Assembly: GCF_006345805.1 (NCBI RefSeq)
Contig: NC_043010.1
Coordinates: 42,780,001-42,844,000 of the forward strand
DNA length: 64,000 nt
Direction: 5' to 3'
Source: Octopus sinensis
Taxonomy: Eukaryota
Part shown: positions 11,507 through 23,422 of the stretch, piece after piece
How positions within the stretch are numbered: position 1 is the first letter of the stretch
Layout of the letters: the number at the start of each line of letters is the position of its first letter
Translations under genes and position numbers: made by a program
The notes under the pieces: model-generated
What the model saw: the letters and a program-made list of their open reading frames with translations, nothing else
Databases searched by the model: none
What the model was told of the DNA's origin: nothing

Positions 11507-13131
11507 ATCCATCACTTGAAGGTCTTTGTAGGAACAAACTATCAACTATATCTTGCCGAATATTTGAATTAATACACCAGAATTACACTGAAGTTGTTAA
11601 AAATGAACTCGATCAGTTTTCTGATGTCCAACGCAAATTCATTGTCAAAGAAAAACATATGGGCCACACTATGTTATCATTGGCTACGATATCAGCTCAA
11701 ACCGACTTGATGAGATATTTGCTAGAACATTGTGATGCAGAGATTGAGCAGAGAGATACAAATGGTACTACACCAGTAACCCCTCTTTGGCTAGCTGTTG
11801 AACGGCGTAATGTGGAAGCTGTTGATATACTATTAGAACATGAAGCTGATGTTAATGCTAAGGGCGAAGGGGATTGTCCAATCATTTTACTTGCTGCTCA
11901 AAATGTTAACCTACAAATTGTTGAAAGCCTTATTTTGAGTGGTGCTAACATGAATGCTTCTGATGAGTGGGGATATACCCCTCTCCATGCTGCACTTTGG
12001 AATATGGGTTTGATGAGACTTCTTATGGAGAATGGGGCTGATTTAAATGCAAAAGACCAAAATGGAGATACGATGTTGCACCTCAGTGTACGTAAAGGAT
12101 TCTTTGAAATGTGTAAATTTTTGCTTATGCAAGAGGTGAACCCTTATGAAGTTAATATTGATGGTTATGATGCATTCCAACTGGCAGCATTGTATGGAGA
12201 ATGTGAAATATTGGTATATTTACTAATTACTTTCCCATATCCTAAGGAGTGCCCAAAAGAGTTTTTTAACGAACCAACCAAAGTTAAGATCAAAGAAATG
12301 CTAGAGACTTATGTCCCTAAAGATTATTCTTTAGACCTTCATGCACTTCTTGCTATTGAGAAAGTGCTCGGACCTACTTGTGATAAGACATTTTATGCCC
12401 TTAAAGAAGCTGCTGAACTAACCAGTCGATCTATGGATTTTGCACAATCGTGGATTATCTATATTCATCTCCTTCAAATCTGTCATAAACCCCACCATGT
12501 ACTTGACAGTAATGTAATCACTGGTATCTTCCAGCTACTTTATAACATATTCTGTGAATATGGTGAAATTATCGTACCTGTAGAGAGAGCTCTTGGCATA
12601 TTCAATGGAATGTTCCGAGATGTTATATGCAATCTCAACTTGCTGCAAAGACGTGAGAGTGGAAAAGAAGATGAGACATTCAACATGGGTCGCTTCCAAG
12701 AAGTTTTTATCCGGTTGCTTAATCTGTTGGAATTTATTACAAAACTTAAGTCCAACAATACTGGAAATTCATCTTCTGACAAAGTGTTCCTCATAATTCC
12801 ATTACCGTGCATTTTATTTGATGTAGTGTCCCCTTTAAAAAATGAACAAGTGCCAGGGAAAATTGATGATAGCCAAACTTTAGTGTGCGTGCGTGTGCAT
12901 GGAAGATGGGAATACTTGGATGTATTTCTGGCCCAAGAAGATTTAGTTCTTACAACCAAAGGTCGGTGTGTGAAAACATATCATTACTTAGAAACAGGTC
13001 GAAGACAGTTAATACCTTCAAAAATTCCCCTTCCTTTGCAATGTCTTGCAATGCAAGTCATTCAAGTTGACAATGTTCCATATGAAAACATACTCCCACC
13101 TGCACTTTGTAATACAGTTGAACATCATTAA
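11507..13131 (+). CDS. FEM1-like: Terminal coding exon of a divergent FEM-1-like ankyrin-repeat protein with a C-terminal VHL/BC box (CRL2 substrate-receptor family)
   Basis: Acceptor ttcattgcag at 11506, frame open into ORF 11659-13131; ankyrin repeats (TPLWLAVE, GYTPLHAA, GDTMLHLS); LHALLAIEKVLGP matches FEM1 MQALLIRERILGP; C-terminus PLQCLAMQVI..VPY..ILPPAL..VEHH matches the FEM1 VHL box. Confidence 0.88.
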
Positions 13132-14064
13132 ATTATTTGAGAATCAAAAAATTACCTCATAGTAGAGATCAAAGAAATGATTTTTAAAAATGTTATGTAA
13201 AAGATAAAGAATTATTTTCACAAGATAATGACAGAAAAAATTACATCTCACTCTACAGTTCAATACATTGAAATTTAAGTAAGTCTGCTAGTAAGTCTAA
13301 AAGTAGTATAGTGTTTTGATATGCAACCTTAATTTTGAGTATATTAGTTGGTCCTAAGTGAAAGCCATGCAAGTTTCTTGCTCAATTAGCTGTAGACAAT
13401 CCTGTAAGCAATGGTTCTTCTCTTTGGTTTTTCATTGGTTGGTTTCCAAAATCAAGCTGCCAGCCAGAAATACATATTAGTTACATTCCTTTTTCATTTT
13501 GTAGCAACATTGAGTCCATTAAATAACTTTTACTGGAAGGAAAAAAGACATCTATTGTTATTGTATTGGACATCTATTATTTATCTTAATAATTATCACC
13601 AACTTTAGCTTCATTTTAATTTTCATCATCACTGCCATCACCACAACCAACATTATCACCATCATTATCATGAACATTGTTATTATCCATTTTGTTTTGT
13701 TATTGTTATCATTATTTCAGAATTTAGCCAAGATGTGAATAATGAATGTCTGATAAGAAATGACAAAGAAATTACTTTTTGCTCTGAAAATAAAAATATT
13801 CTTATAAAAGAAAATTGTTCTTGATTTAGCTCTAAAAAAAAATTTAAATGATAATCAGAGCGAAGGTTCAGACTCTTCATATTAAAAGGGAAATAAGATA
13901 TTTCTGTAGACCTTAATCATTAAAAACTGAGCATTGTTTTTAAATTATGTATTTATTTATCATTATTTATATTGTGCATATGAGCTTATCTTGCTTTCTG
14001 TATTTTAATATCATGAAATCTATTTTCAGGTTATCCAATCATAGAATTAATGATGCATTGGCTT

Positions 14065-14536
14065 TTAATAACGGAAGGCAAGGTTTACAATATCTGAGGA
14101 ATATCATCTCCTTCCATCATCCTTTTGTTCTTCAAGTAGTTCAGTCTTTCAGCAGGCAAAGAGAGAAAACTTCAAGTACAAACGCTATTTTACAACTGGT
14201 TTATTTACAGGATAGGTGTAGTGTACAGCTCTCAGCGACCATCTTTAGCTGTGTGTGTTGTGTAGTAGCTCCGTTAGTGCGGGCACATTGCCTCTGGGGA
14301 TAGACAGGCAGAAAGCCTCAGCCAGTGGTGGTGTTTAGCCAGTGCTGCTGTGAAGGTGGCACCAAAAAAAAGGCAGGTCTGAATCAGTTTTCCTTTTATA
14401 TAGTTTCCATCGCGAGCCTCGTTGTGGTCTCGCGCATGGCAAATGGATGCAGGTGAAGTCTCGCTCCAGTCTCAGAGATGGCAATGACTGCCGTGAGATC
14501 TCATCCAATATGGCGCTGGCTGCTTGTGCCGCTACA
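14065..14536 (-). mobile_element. Solo LTR (472 bp) with 5-bp TSD GGCTT
   Basis: TSD ggctt at 14060-14064 and 14537-14541; minus strand starts TGTAGCGG; TATATAAAA at 14402-14394; AATAAA at 14205-14200; the 3' end reads AA instead of CA. Confidence 0.8.
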
Positions 14537-15853
14537 GGCTTTTAATAATTAGCAAAAATGGTTTTGTGCAGTTTTACTGAGGTTAACATAGTAAACTATA
14601 AGTTTTAGAACATTTTCTTCTTTCTATACAGGTTATGGAGGAAACAACTTTTCTATGCATGTTTAAAAGTATTTGTTTTCATAATTTATTTAAAGATACC
14701 AGTAGATTTTCTTGATATTATCAAAAACAAGAACAGATTATATCATATAATTTTATGCTCAGATAAATATCAGATATTATACATTATTTCTAAAGGGAAT
14801 GGATTGGAGATGTCAAACTTTTGTTGTTAAAACAATTTTTAGGTTCTAATAACAGAGCATTTCTTTCTTACAAATTAAGTACCTTGAAACAGATTCTTAT
14901 TAAGAGTAACTAATCTAAGAAATTAATAGATACAAATGATTTAAAATACTATTAAAATTAACAGTATTGAGACATCTAAAAGTATTTAGAGCATACTTTG
15001 CTCACAATCTCTCCATAACTAAACACAAGAGAGACCAAAATAGCATCTATTGTTACATTTATCTTAATTATCATTATAATATCATTACATATGATCAAAA
15101 GATGTAGACAGAACATACCTAAACAAAGAAACAACAATATTCAAAATGAAATCTCTTCTGGACATGTGAGGAGTGCAGTTTGTTACTGCAGAAAGCACCT
15201 AACCTACCACTACTTGTATGACATCTTGGTCCTAATCAAAATTCCAGAAAACGCTATTCTAAGGACACTGTCCCTCTTACATAATCTAAACATAAAAAGT
15301 ACAAATTGAACATCCAATAGATCAGGTTTACTTCCTTCATTATCTTTGGACCTTCCTATTCATATGTCCCACAACTATGTTGTATCAAAGCTCTTACTCT
15401 ATATTTACTTCAGTTTACTTATATATAAAAGAGAAACCTGTAATATCAACTGAGGCTACAAAAGAACTCTAAGCTTACATATTCACTCAAATTGATCATG
15501 CTGTTTGAAATAGCAGCTGAATCTCTCTCAGATTACACTCAATGGTCACAGCTGGAATGCTTTGTGTCTAATCAGTATTGTCCTGGGGTTAAATAGCAAC
15601 AAAAGAAGTATATATTGTGTTGTATCAATATGATCCTAGATACACAACAGAAAGTGGAACTGTTTGGACAATGGCCATATGATCCAGTTGTACTAAATTT
15701 ATTTTGGTGTTGGCTAATTTGGCACTGAAAGCAGACATAGGCACATACATGGAAACATAGATATGAGAAGTGGAGGAAAGAGAGACAGATTAAAATGTTG
15801 CATGTGAAGAGAGAGAACAATTTTGAATGAAACAGTGAAAATGGAGTTATTTC

Positions 15854-16245
15854 GTGCAGTTACTGTCTATACCTCGTTCAGAGATTTATTATTGCTTGTA
15901 TACACTTTTTCAAGATCAGTGACGAAAAGTCACTGGAAAAAGGATATAAATATTTGCATTAGGACCCTTCCATCGAAAACCGGTGATTGTCGTGCGCTGA
16001 TGACGGATCAATACCCAGAAACTGCAGTCCATGCGTATCACTTAGGTTGACGAGGGAAGAATGACCTCCCTTTGCAAATACCGCTAGGGCACAGAAAGTG
16101 TGTCAATAGCCAGTTGGAGATGTCCTCCTGGGGCTACAAGCTACAGTAACATCCACCCATAGTGGTTAGCCATATTGAGATGGCAAATATACTTCACATT
16201 GCCGTGCAGTTACTGTCTATACCTCGTTCAGAGATTTACTATTGC
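15854..16245 (+). mobile_element. Retrozyme-like non-coding retroelement (350-nt unit + 42-nt terminal repeat, ~12-bp TSD)
   Basis: 15854-15895 repeated at 16204-16245 (1 mismatch); TSD tggagttatttc at 15842-15853 and 16246-16257; central hammerhead motif. Confidence 0.85.
15991..16035 (+). ncRNA. Minimal type I hammerhead ribozyme motif (GUC site, palindromic TGCA loop III)
   Basis: cgtgcg-CTGATGA-cggatcaataccca-GAAA-C tgca G-TC-catgcg; stems I and II have mismatches consistent with G>A transition decay. Confidence 0.75.
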
Positions 16246-16314
16246 TGGAGTTATTTCCCTTTACATTAAACTTGCATGGCAAAATATTGTTTTAGCCAAA
16301 GTAAACTTTGCCTT

Positions 16315-16425
16315 TCGTCCTTTCAAAGACGAAAAAATAGAGTACCAGTCAAGTGCTGGGGAAGATGATGTAATCGAATAAACCTCCTCCCTTAAAGTTG
16401 CTGGCCTTGTGCCAAATTTTAAAAC
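16315..16425 (+). mobile_element. SINE family B fragment
   Basis: ctttgcctttcgtcctttc...gtaccagtcaagtgctgggg...gatgtaatcga resembles 46908-47135. Confidence 0.6.
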
Positions 16426-16599
16426 AGTTATTATTAATAACAGACAATTATTATACTAGTTTATTAAAAATATAATTTCATTCAATTCTTCATTTGGTAA
16501 TTATGAACAATGCTCCTGAGATACTCAACAGTATCCATGTTTTTTAAATTGTTGATAGCTTCATATATCCTTTTGTCTGCATCTGTTCCCTTTTTTCAG

Positions 16600-17157
16600 C
16601 TTCTGCAGGGGCTCATGTTGGCTCAGCTTATTTTATTGAAAACACAGACTAGTGACCGAGACCTTTGGAAGTATGCTATGCGTGAGAAGACCCAGCAGGA
16701 CAAGTGAGACCATAACCCATGGCCTCTACCTGGGATGTAGCCAGCCCACTTATGCATACCTTTCCTTCTTGGAACACAAAATTCTACTTGTGAAGACCTG
16801 TTGAGGCAAGTGAAATCGAAATCGAAATTGATCAAAATCAATGGAAATTGTAGTTGTGATACCAGTGCCGGTGGCACATAAGAGAACCATCCGAACGTGG
16901 CCGTTGCCAGTGCCACCCCGACTGGCCTCCATGTCGGTAGCACGTAAAAAGCACCATCCGATCATGGCCATTGCCAGTGACATGTAAAAGGCACCCACTA
17001 CACTCACGGAGTGGTTGGCATTAGGAAGGGCATCCAGCTGTAGAAACATTGCCAGATCAGACTGGGCCTGGTGCAGCCTTCTGGCTTCCCAGACCCCAGT
17101 TGAACCGTCCAACCCATGCTAGCATGGAAAGCGGACGTTAAACGATGATGATGATGA
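16600..17157 (+). mobile_element. RTE LINE 3' end (RT C-terminus, 3' UTR, (GAT)n tail)
   Basis: Frame SDRDLWKYAMREKT then UTR ending ggacgttaaacgatgatgatgatg. Confidence 0.85.
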
Positions 17158-17291
17158 CAGTGATCCATGATGGGAAGTGTTTTCTTTTCTACTTTCCATC
17201 CACACTCCTCCAACCATCATATCCATAAATAGATGTAAATCACTAAACTTGATTTAGTGATTGTAATTAGATGTTAGTTGTCATATTTTGT

Positions 17292-17470
17292 ACTTGTTTC
17301 AGTCATGCTAGGGCACCGTCTTGAAGAATTTTTAGTCAAATGAATCAATCACAGTACTTAATTTTGTTAAGCCTGGTAGTTCTTCTATTGGTCTATTTTG
17401 CAAAACCACTAAGTTACAGAGATGTAAACACACCAACACCAATTGTCAAGTGTGTGGGGAGACAAACACA
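17292..17470 (-). mobile_element. SINE family A, 3' half
   Basis: tacttgtttcagtcatgc...gtaaacacaccaacaccaattgtcaag...gggagacaaacacaga. Confidence 0.75.
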
Positions 17471-17499
17471 GAGCACAAAGATATACACTCACATATAAG

Positions 17500-17815
17500 G
17501 GAGAGCCATATGTTTACTTTGGACAAAGAGGTGATTCATTCAAGAATCATTATCGCAACTATATCCCCAGCTTCAAGAGAATCAATGAGACATCCAACAT
17601 CTTTGGACAATTTTGAGTGGTGACTGAAGGAAGATAGAAGTATAATATAACTTGGTCTATAGTAAGATATGTAAAACTATGTAATATCATTTCCAGGAGA
17701 TGTCGACTCTAGTCTGAGGAATTCCTATCTATTCAGTGGACCAATGAGAAGATCATTAACAGAATTTTTGAAAGACCCTCAAGATGCCTACATGCATATA
17801 AATGTACTTTCACAC
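17500..17815 (+). pseudogene. Penelope-like GIY-YIG endonuclease relic
   Basis: GEPYVYFGQRGDSFKNHYRNYIPSF..NETS resembles the PLE YIG.T..SFK.RY.NH..SF motif; stops present. Confidence 0.55.
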
Positions 17816-18097
17816 AATGCAGTGGGAATGAATTTTGAGTGACTTAACATAATTTACTTTAAGGTATGGATGAATTAAGTTTAGCTTTAACCTCACCATT
17901 CTTATAAATACCAAGTAGCTATTTAACCTGCTATGTGAACATATGTGCACCAAACCACATATGTGTGTATGCTTATATCTTTATTATTGATCTTCCATGT
18001 AAATAAAGTGGTATCCTTTAATTTTCTGCTTTTCTTTACATGAAATGAGAAGATACATTGTGGAACTATTATTTTAAGGAGTTATATCTATTTACAC

Positions 18098-18720
18098 AGG
18101 TACAAGATTTTCTGGGCAGGGAACACTGACGGGGTCGAGGGTGTGGGTATACTTCTTGTGGAGAAATGGGTTGATAAGGTAATCGAGGTAGTCAGAGTAT
18201 GCGACAGAATACTTAAGATTAGATTAGTGCTTCATCATGGGTTAGCAACCATTATTTCGGCCTATGCCCCTCAGCTGGGGCTACCCGATGGACAGAAAGA
18301 CCGATTTTATGACACCCTCTTGCAGACTATCTTGTTGATGGTGACTTCAATGGACATGTTGGACAACAAACAGGGGGCTTCCATGGTGTATGTGGAGGCT
18401 ACGGTTTTGGTTCCCGCAATGAGGAGGGAACCAAGCTGCTGGAGTTCTGTGATGCAAATGACCTTATGGTTTGCACACACTAACTTCAGGAAACCTGCCA
18501 GTCACCTTGTCACCTACTGTTCTGGCATACACACTAGCCAAATTGACTACATCCTCGCCAGAAAAAGGGAAAGATGGCTGCTTATAAATGCCAAAACCTT
18601 CCCAGGAGAAGAATGTACCTCACAACATAGACTGGTAGTTAGTGACTTCGGGATCAGGGCTAAATGAATGCCCAGAAAACAACCAGCATGAAGGAGAAGG
18701 GTCTGGAAGCTTAAAGTTAC
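18098..18720 (+). mobile_element. RTE LINE AP-endonuclease fragment
   Basis: GVGILLVEKWVDKVIEVVRVCDRILKIRL..ISAYAPQ and SQIDYIL...CTSQHRLVVSDF motifs; frameshifted. Confidence 0.9.
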
Positions 18721-19904
18721 CTTGATACTTTGGTGGATGGAGTTAGCTATCATAGCTATCGAGTTATCATAGTAGTGTTTCTGTCTTTAGCTCCTCAGTT
18801 AAAAATACATCTCAATCAAATATGAATATTAGTATTGATCCTGTACCTTCTCCTAACAACAGCTTCAATAACAATACAATTGATAATTTTTCGCTAGCTA
18901 GTAAACTTGACAGTTTGCATAACTATCCAGACATATGATAAAGTATACCACTATATCAGTGCTACAGTATCAAAATTGAAATCTTGATGGAGTAATCACA
19001 TTCTTTCAATAAATGTATGTTACACAATACATCATTAGCAAAATTTATTTGGGATCTTTAAAGATAGAAATATTGATAACTCTAAATTGTGGTCAGTTAT
19101 GTGAAACACATTTCCATTCAAAAGGGAGTTGTAATTTAAATTGCATGGAGAGGCATTTGAAACCCTAAGGTATAAGTGTCAATTAATTAATAAGCATAAT
19201 AAGTTGTTAATCATTCTTCACCCCAATTCAATAAAACATTTTTAAAGATTCCCTTTAATTAACTTATATAAAATTAGATGTATAATATCAATCACATTTC
19301 AATTCTCTCTGATCTCTTTTCATACTTACAGTCTTGCAACTTCCTTTTAGTCTTTCATAAAAATATTGATAACTTCCAAGTATATTAATCCCCTGATTAT
19401 TATCTCGTTCCTCGTTATCTCAATGATCATCACTTAATTGTTTTCAATCTTTTATTTTACTGTTGGAACCATTTGATTTAATATATATTGAAATATTTTG
19501 ACAATGTATTGAGTTGGTACTCTAGTTAATTTCTTGGGCTCTTAATCAGCCCCTTAAATTTTACACCTTTCTTTTATTTTTCTATTCTTCTTAGTCCTCA
19601 TATAATTTTTCTTTCCTCTTCCTCTTCACTTTGTTTCTTTGATGTCCCTCTAGACTTACCTCTTTCCCTCAAATTAATGTCTCTCTGGGAATATCTTTGT
19701 TTACTACTAGCCAAATATGCATACATTCCTCTCCGTTTAGACAGCTTACTACATTATCCATCCTTTGATTTGCCTGTGCCAATGGCCTTGTCATCACGAC
19801 TGATATTCTCTCATTGTCTATGTTCCTTTCTGCCTATGTAATCCTTTTACTTTATACCTCTCTCTAGGTATGTCAACCTAGTTGCTTTCTTGCAGTGATA
19901 TTCT

Positions 19905-20315
19905 GGATCTTTTCGGTTTGAACGGCAGTTTTTAACATAATTTCTAGGTAACCAAAAAATTTTAAACTTCGTATACTGGTAGAATGTGTTTATAAAACAT
20001 CTTTTTCTCTTGGCTTTATTGAGAAAATTCTATAGTTTGTAAGATATTTGTTATTTTTTTTCTTCAATTTCTGCAATTTCAACCAATCAATTACATCCAT
20101 TGAGGTAAAGAACATTCTGTGCCATATGAATATGTCCCTCGTTTAAGAAACAGATTGGGTTTATTTACATTTGTGAAGAAAAAAAGATACCCTTCCCCCC
20201 ACCCCTAACCCTAAAATAGATTGAAATGCAATAGATCGATACTAGGGTCATAATTATGGGTGACAATTTCATATGACACCGCTAGAAAAAACTACCGTTC
20301 AAACTGAAAAGATCC
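19905..20315. mobile_element. MITE with ~29-bp TIRs, GG termini and 8-bp TSD (Merlin-like)
   Basis: ggatcttttcggtttgaacggcagttttt vs aaaaactaccgttcaaactgaaaagatcc; flanks gatattct (19897-19904) and aatattct (20316-20323). Confidence 0.8.
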
Positions 20316-20929
20316 AATATTCTAAGCCCCACCCGTTAAATGCATTTACAGCCATGTTTGTTCATGTGTAATTATATTACTCTGGTTGAAGTTATGATAA
20401 AATGACAGGTTCAGGTTTTCTTTTAATATTACATGAACTTGTATAATGATCAACTATAAATATTCCAGCATGTTGAATGATTTATCTGTTTTACCTGTTA
20501 CAGAAATGATTGTAACTGGATAAGAAATGTAATACCATTATCCTCATTCTTTATTTTATTTTGTATCAAAGTCTGTGATTGATGAAGATTTCCTCAATTT
20601 TCAGTTTGTGTGGAATACTTTGGATTTACTCGAATGTTTTCTGCTTCTATGCATCCTGTTAGCCTGGAGTTTGCATGGGTGCTGATTGAGGTAATTGCCT
20701 GGATTTTACAAATGCATCTTTACTTAAGCTCTCTCTCTCTTTATATCTATATATATACATAAACAGGCACCCTCAAGTTACAACTTTCTCAGCTTATGGG
20801 GTTTCACGCTTATAAAAATAATAAATGTGATCTGAATTACACTTTTATGGAAACAATTAAATTTCAAAAAAGTTAAAGACAATACCTTGTAAATAATTTG
20901 ACAAAAACTATAGTCACAGTACATACAAA

Positions 20930-21058
20930 TACATATACATAAATATTACATATATGCATGTGTATGCATTGCTATAGACACTTATGAAGTGCAAAGTGAA
21001 ATGGTTCAGTATATTTGTATGTATATATACATGTGAGTATATATATATATACATGTGA

Positions 21059-21112
<54 letters not shown>

Positions 21113-21113
21113 C

Positions 21114-21161
<48 letters not shown>

Positions 21162-21193
21162 GTAATATATATATTATATATACGTATATATAT

Positions 21194-21247
<54 letters not shown>

Positions 21248-21540
21248 ATATATATACATATGTACATATAAATATATATTATATATACATACATATATAC
21301 ATATATACATACATATATATACATGTGTATATATAAATATACACATATATATACGTGTGTGTATACATACACATATATATACATGTATATACATAATTAT
21401 ATATACATATATATACATGTATATACATATATATATATATATAATTATATATATAGCATGGAAAGCGGACGTTAAACGATGATGATGATGATGATGATGA
21501 TGATATACATACATATACATGTATGTATATATACATACAT

Positions 21541-21580
<40 letters not shown>

Positions 21581-21781
21581 ATACATACATGTATATGTAT
21601 GTATATACATGTATATACATACATGTATATGTATGTATATATACATATATGTATGTATATATACATACATATACATGTATGTATATATACATATACATAC
21701 ATACATATGTATACATATATATATATATAATACACACATACATATGTATATATATATATACATACACACACATACATACAT

Positions 21782-21835
<54 letters not shown>

Positions 21836-21862
21836 CGCATAGATATACATGTGTATATATAT
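20930..21862. repeat. Large compound (TA)n/(TACA)n microsatellite with an embedded RTE tail (21455-21502)
   Basis: Directly visible; agcatggaaagcggacgttaaacgatgatgatg sits inside the array. Confidence 0.97.
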
Positions 21863-21864
21863 AT

Positions 21865-21985
21865 GTTGAAGAGCTTAGGCTCGAAACATAAAAGACTTCC
21901 TCATTTCCCTAGCGTTAAACTAATACATCTGTTTGTCATTTACATACCTGTCTTTGTCTTGTTTTTTTCCAAATTCTCTCTCTAT
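21865..21985 (+). mobile_element. Second, truncated copy of the 10512-10698 element
   Basis: ttgaagagcttaggctcgaaacataaaagac...taatacatctgtttgtc...aattctctc between TA runs. Confidence 0.7.
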
Positions 21986-22001
21986 ATATATATACATATT
22001 T

Positions 22002-22046
<45 letters not shown>

Positions 22047-22411
22047 TATATTAGTATTTCTCTTAGGCAATGTGAAGCAAATAACCTGGTGTCAGAACTC
22101 AATATACATATACCATATAGTAGAAACAGATGAAAGCTAATGAAGTTAGTAACATAATTGTTTATTTCCTTTGTCATCCCGATTTCTTATATACATATAT
22201 ATATATATACATATATATACATACATATATGAATTAACCTTCACCAGCGCTGGTTCCAAAACAACCAGCATCAACACCAAAACCAATATAACTACTGCCA
22301 TTACCAAACCACCATCTACTTAATGACCAACAACAGCAATGATGGTATGAACAAGATAAGCAACTCCATCTGAAAGAAAGTGCAAGTATGAGATGATACA
22401 GTATTCTAGAG

Positions 22412-22629
22412 CAGTGGTTTTCAACCGTGTTCCGCGGAACCTTAGGGCTCTGCCAGTACAGTCCAGGGGTTCCGCAAGAAGTTACAAAACTGCTAAAATC
22501 GGCAGTAATTTTTAATTTTCCTGTGCAGATATGTGTGCATAAGACTATTAAATTATTGCACAGGGGTTCTCCGAGCCAGTGGAATGTTTCCTTGGGGTTT
22601 CGCTCCAGCAAAAAGTTTGAAAAGCACTG
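22412..22629. mobile_element. hAT (Charlie-type) MITE
   Basis: TIRs cagtggttttcaa / ttgaaaagcactg; 8-bp TSD ttctagag / ctctagag (NTCTAGAN target). Confidence 0.88.
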
Positions 22630-23013
22630 CTCTAGAGTATTATAAATGTTGAATGAAATGTCTTTGATCTCAGGTGAATGAGGATTAATTTGAAACTAAA
22701 CAGCCATCCTCACCATCATCACCAATACCAAAACTGATCCAACCACGACCACCACCACCACCACTATTAATCCCTCAACTTTTGAATAACCAGAAGGCAA
22801 CAACAATAACAGTATTCAGCATGATAGCAATGTTTTTTTGCTATGTTGTATGTCAGCACAATAGTGTGTGTGTGAGTGAGTGAGTGTGGGATTTTTATGG
22901 TTCAAGTCAGAGGTGCAAGGGACTAAGTACACACGTACCTGGTAACCATCGAACTAACTGTAATCAGACAGTACTTCCTCTCACCTCATTTACCTTCTTA
23001 CATCCACAGGAAT

Positions 23014-23422
23014 ACTCTTTACTCTTTTACGTGTTTCAGTCATTTGACTGCGGCCATGCTGGAGCACCACCTTTAGTCGAGCAAATCGACCCCAGGACTT
23101 ATTCTTTGCAAGCCTAGTACTTATTCTATCGGTCTCTTTTGCTGAACCACTAAGTGACGGGGACGTAAACACACCAGTATCGGTTGTCAAGCGATGTTGG
23201 GGGGACAAACACAGACGCACAAACATATACACACACATACATATATATATACATATATACGACGGGCTTCTTCCAGTTTCCGTCCACCAAATCCACTCAC
23301 AAGGCTTTGGTTGGCCCGAGGCTATAGTAGAAGACACTTGCGCATGGTGCCACGCAGTGGGAATGAACCCGGAACCATGTGGTTGGTAAGCAAGTTACTT
23401 ACCACACAGCCACTCCTGCGCC
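23014..23422 (-). mobile_element. Full-length tRNA-derived SINE family A
   Basis: Reverse complement of 31795-32207 with an internal (TA/CA) tract. Confidence 0.92.

Noticed and set aside
13947-14303. 118-aa ORF and apparent acceptor at 14029
   Set aside because: Most of it lies inside the solo LTR 14065-14536
17697-17863. Apparent exon with good acceptor and donor
   Set aside because: Stops in all three frames before the donor; it overlaps the PLE GIY-YIG relic
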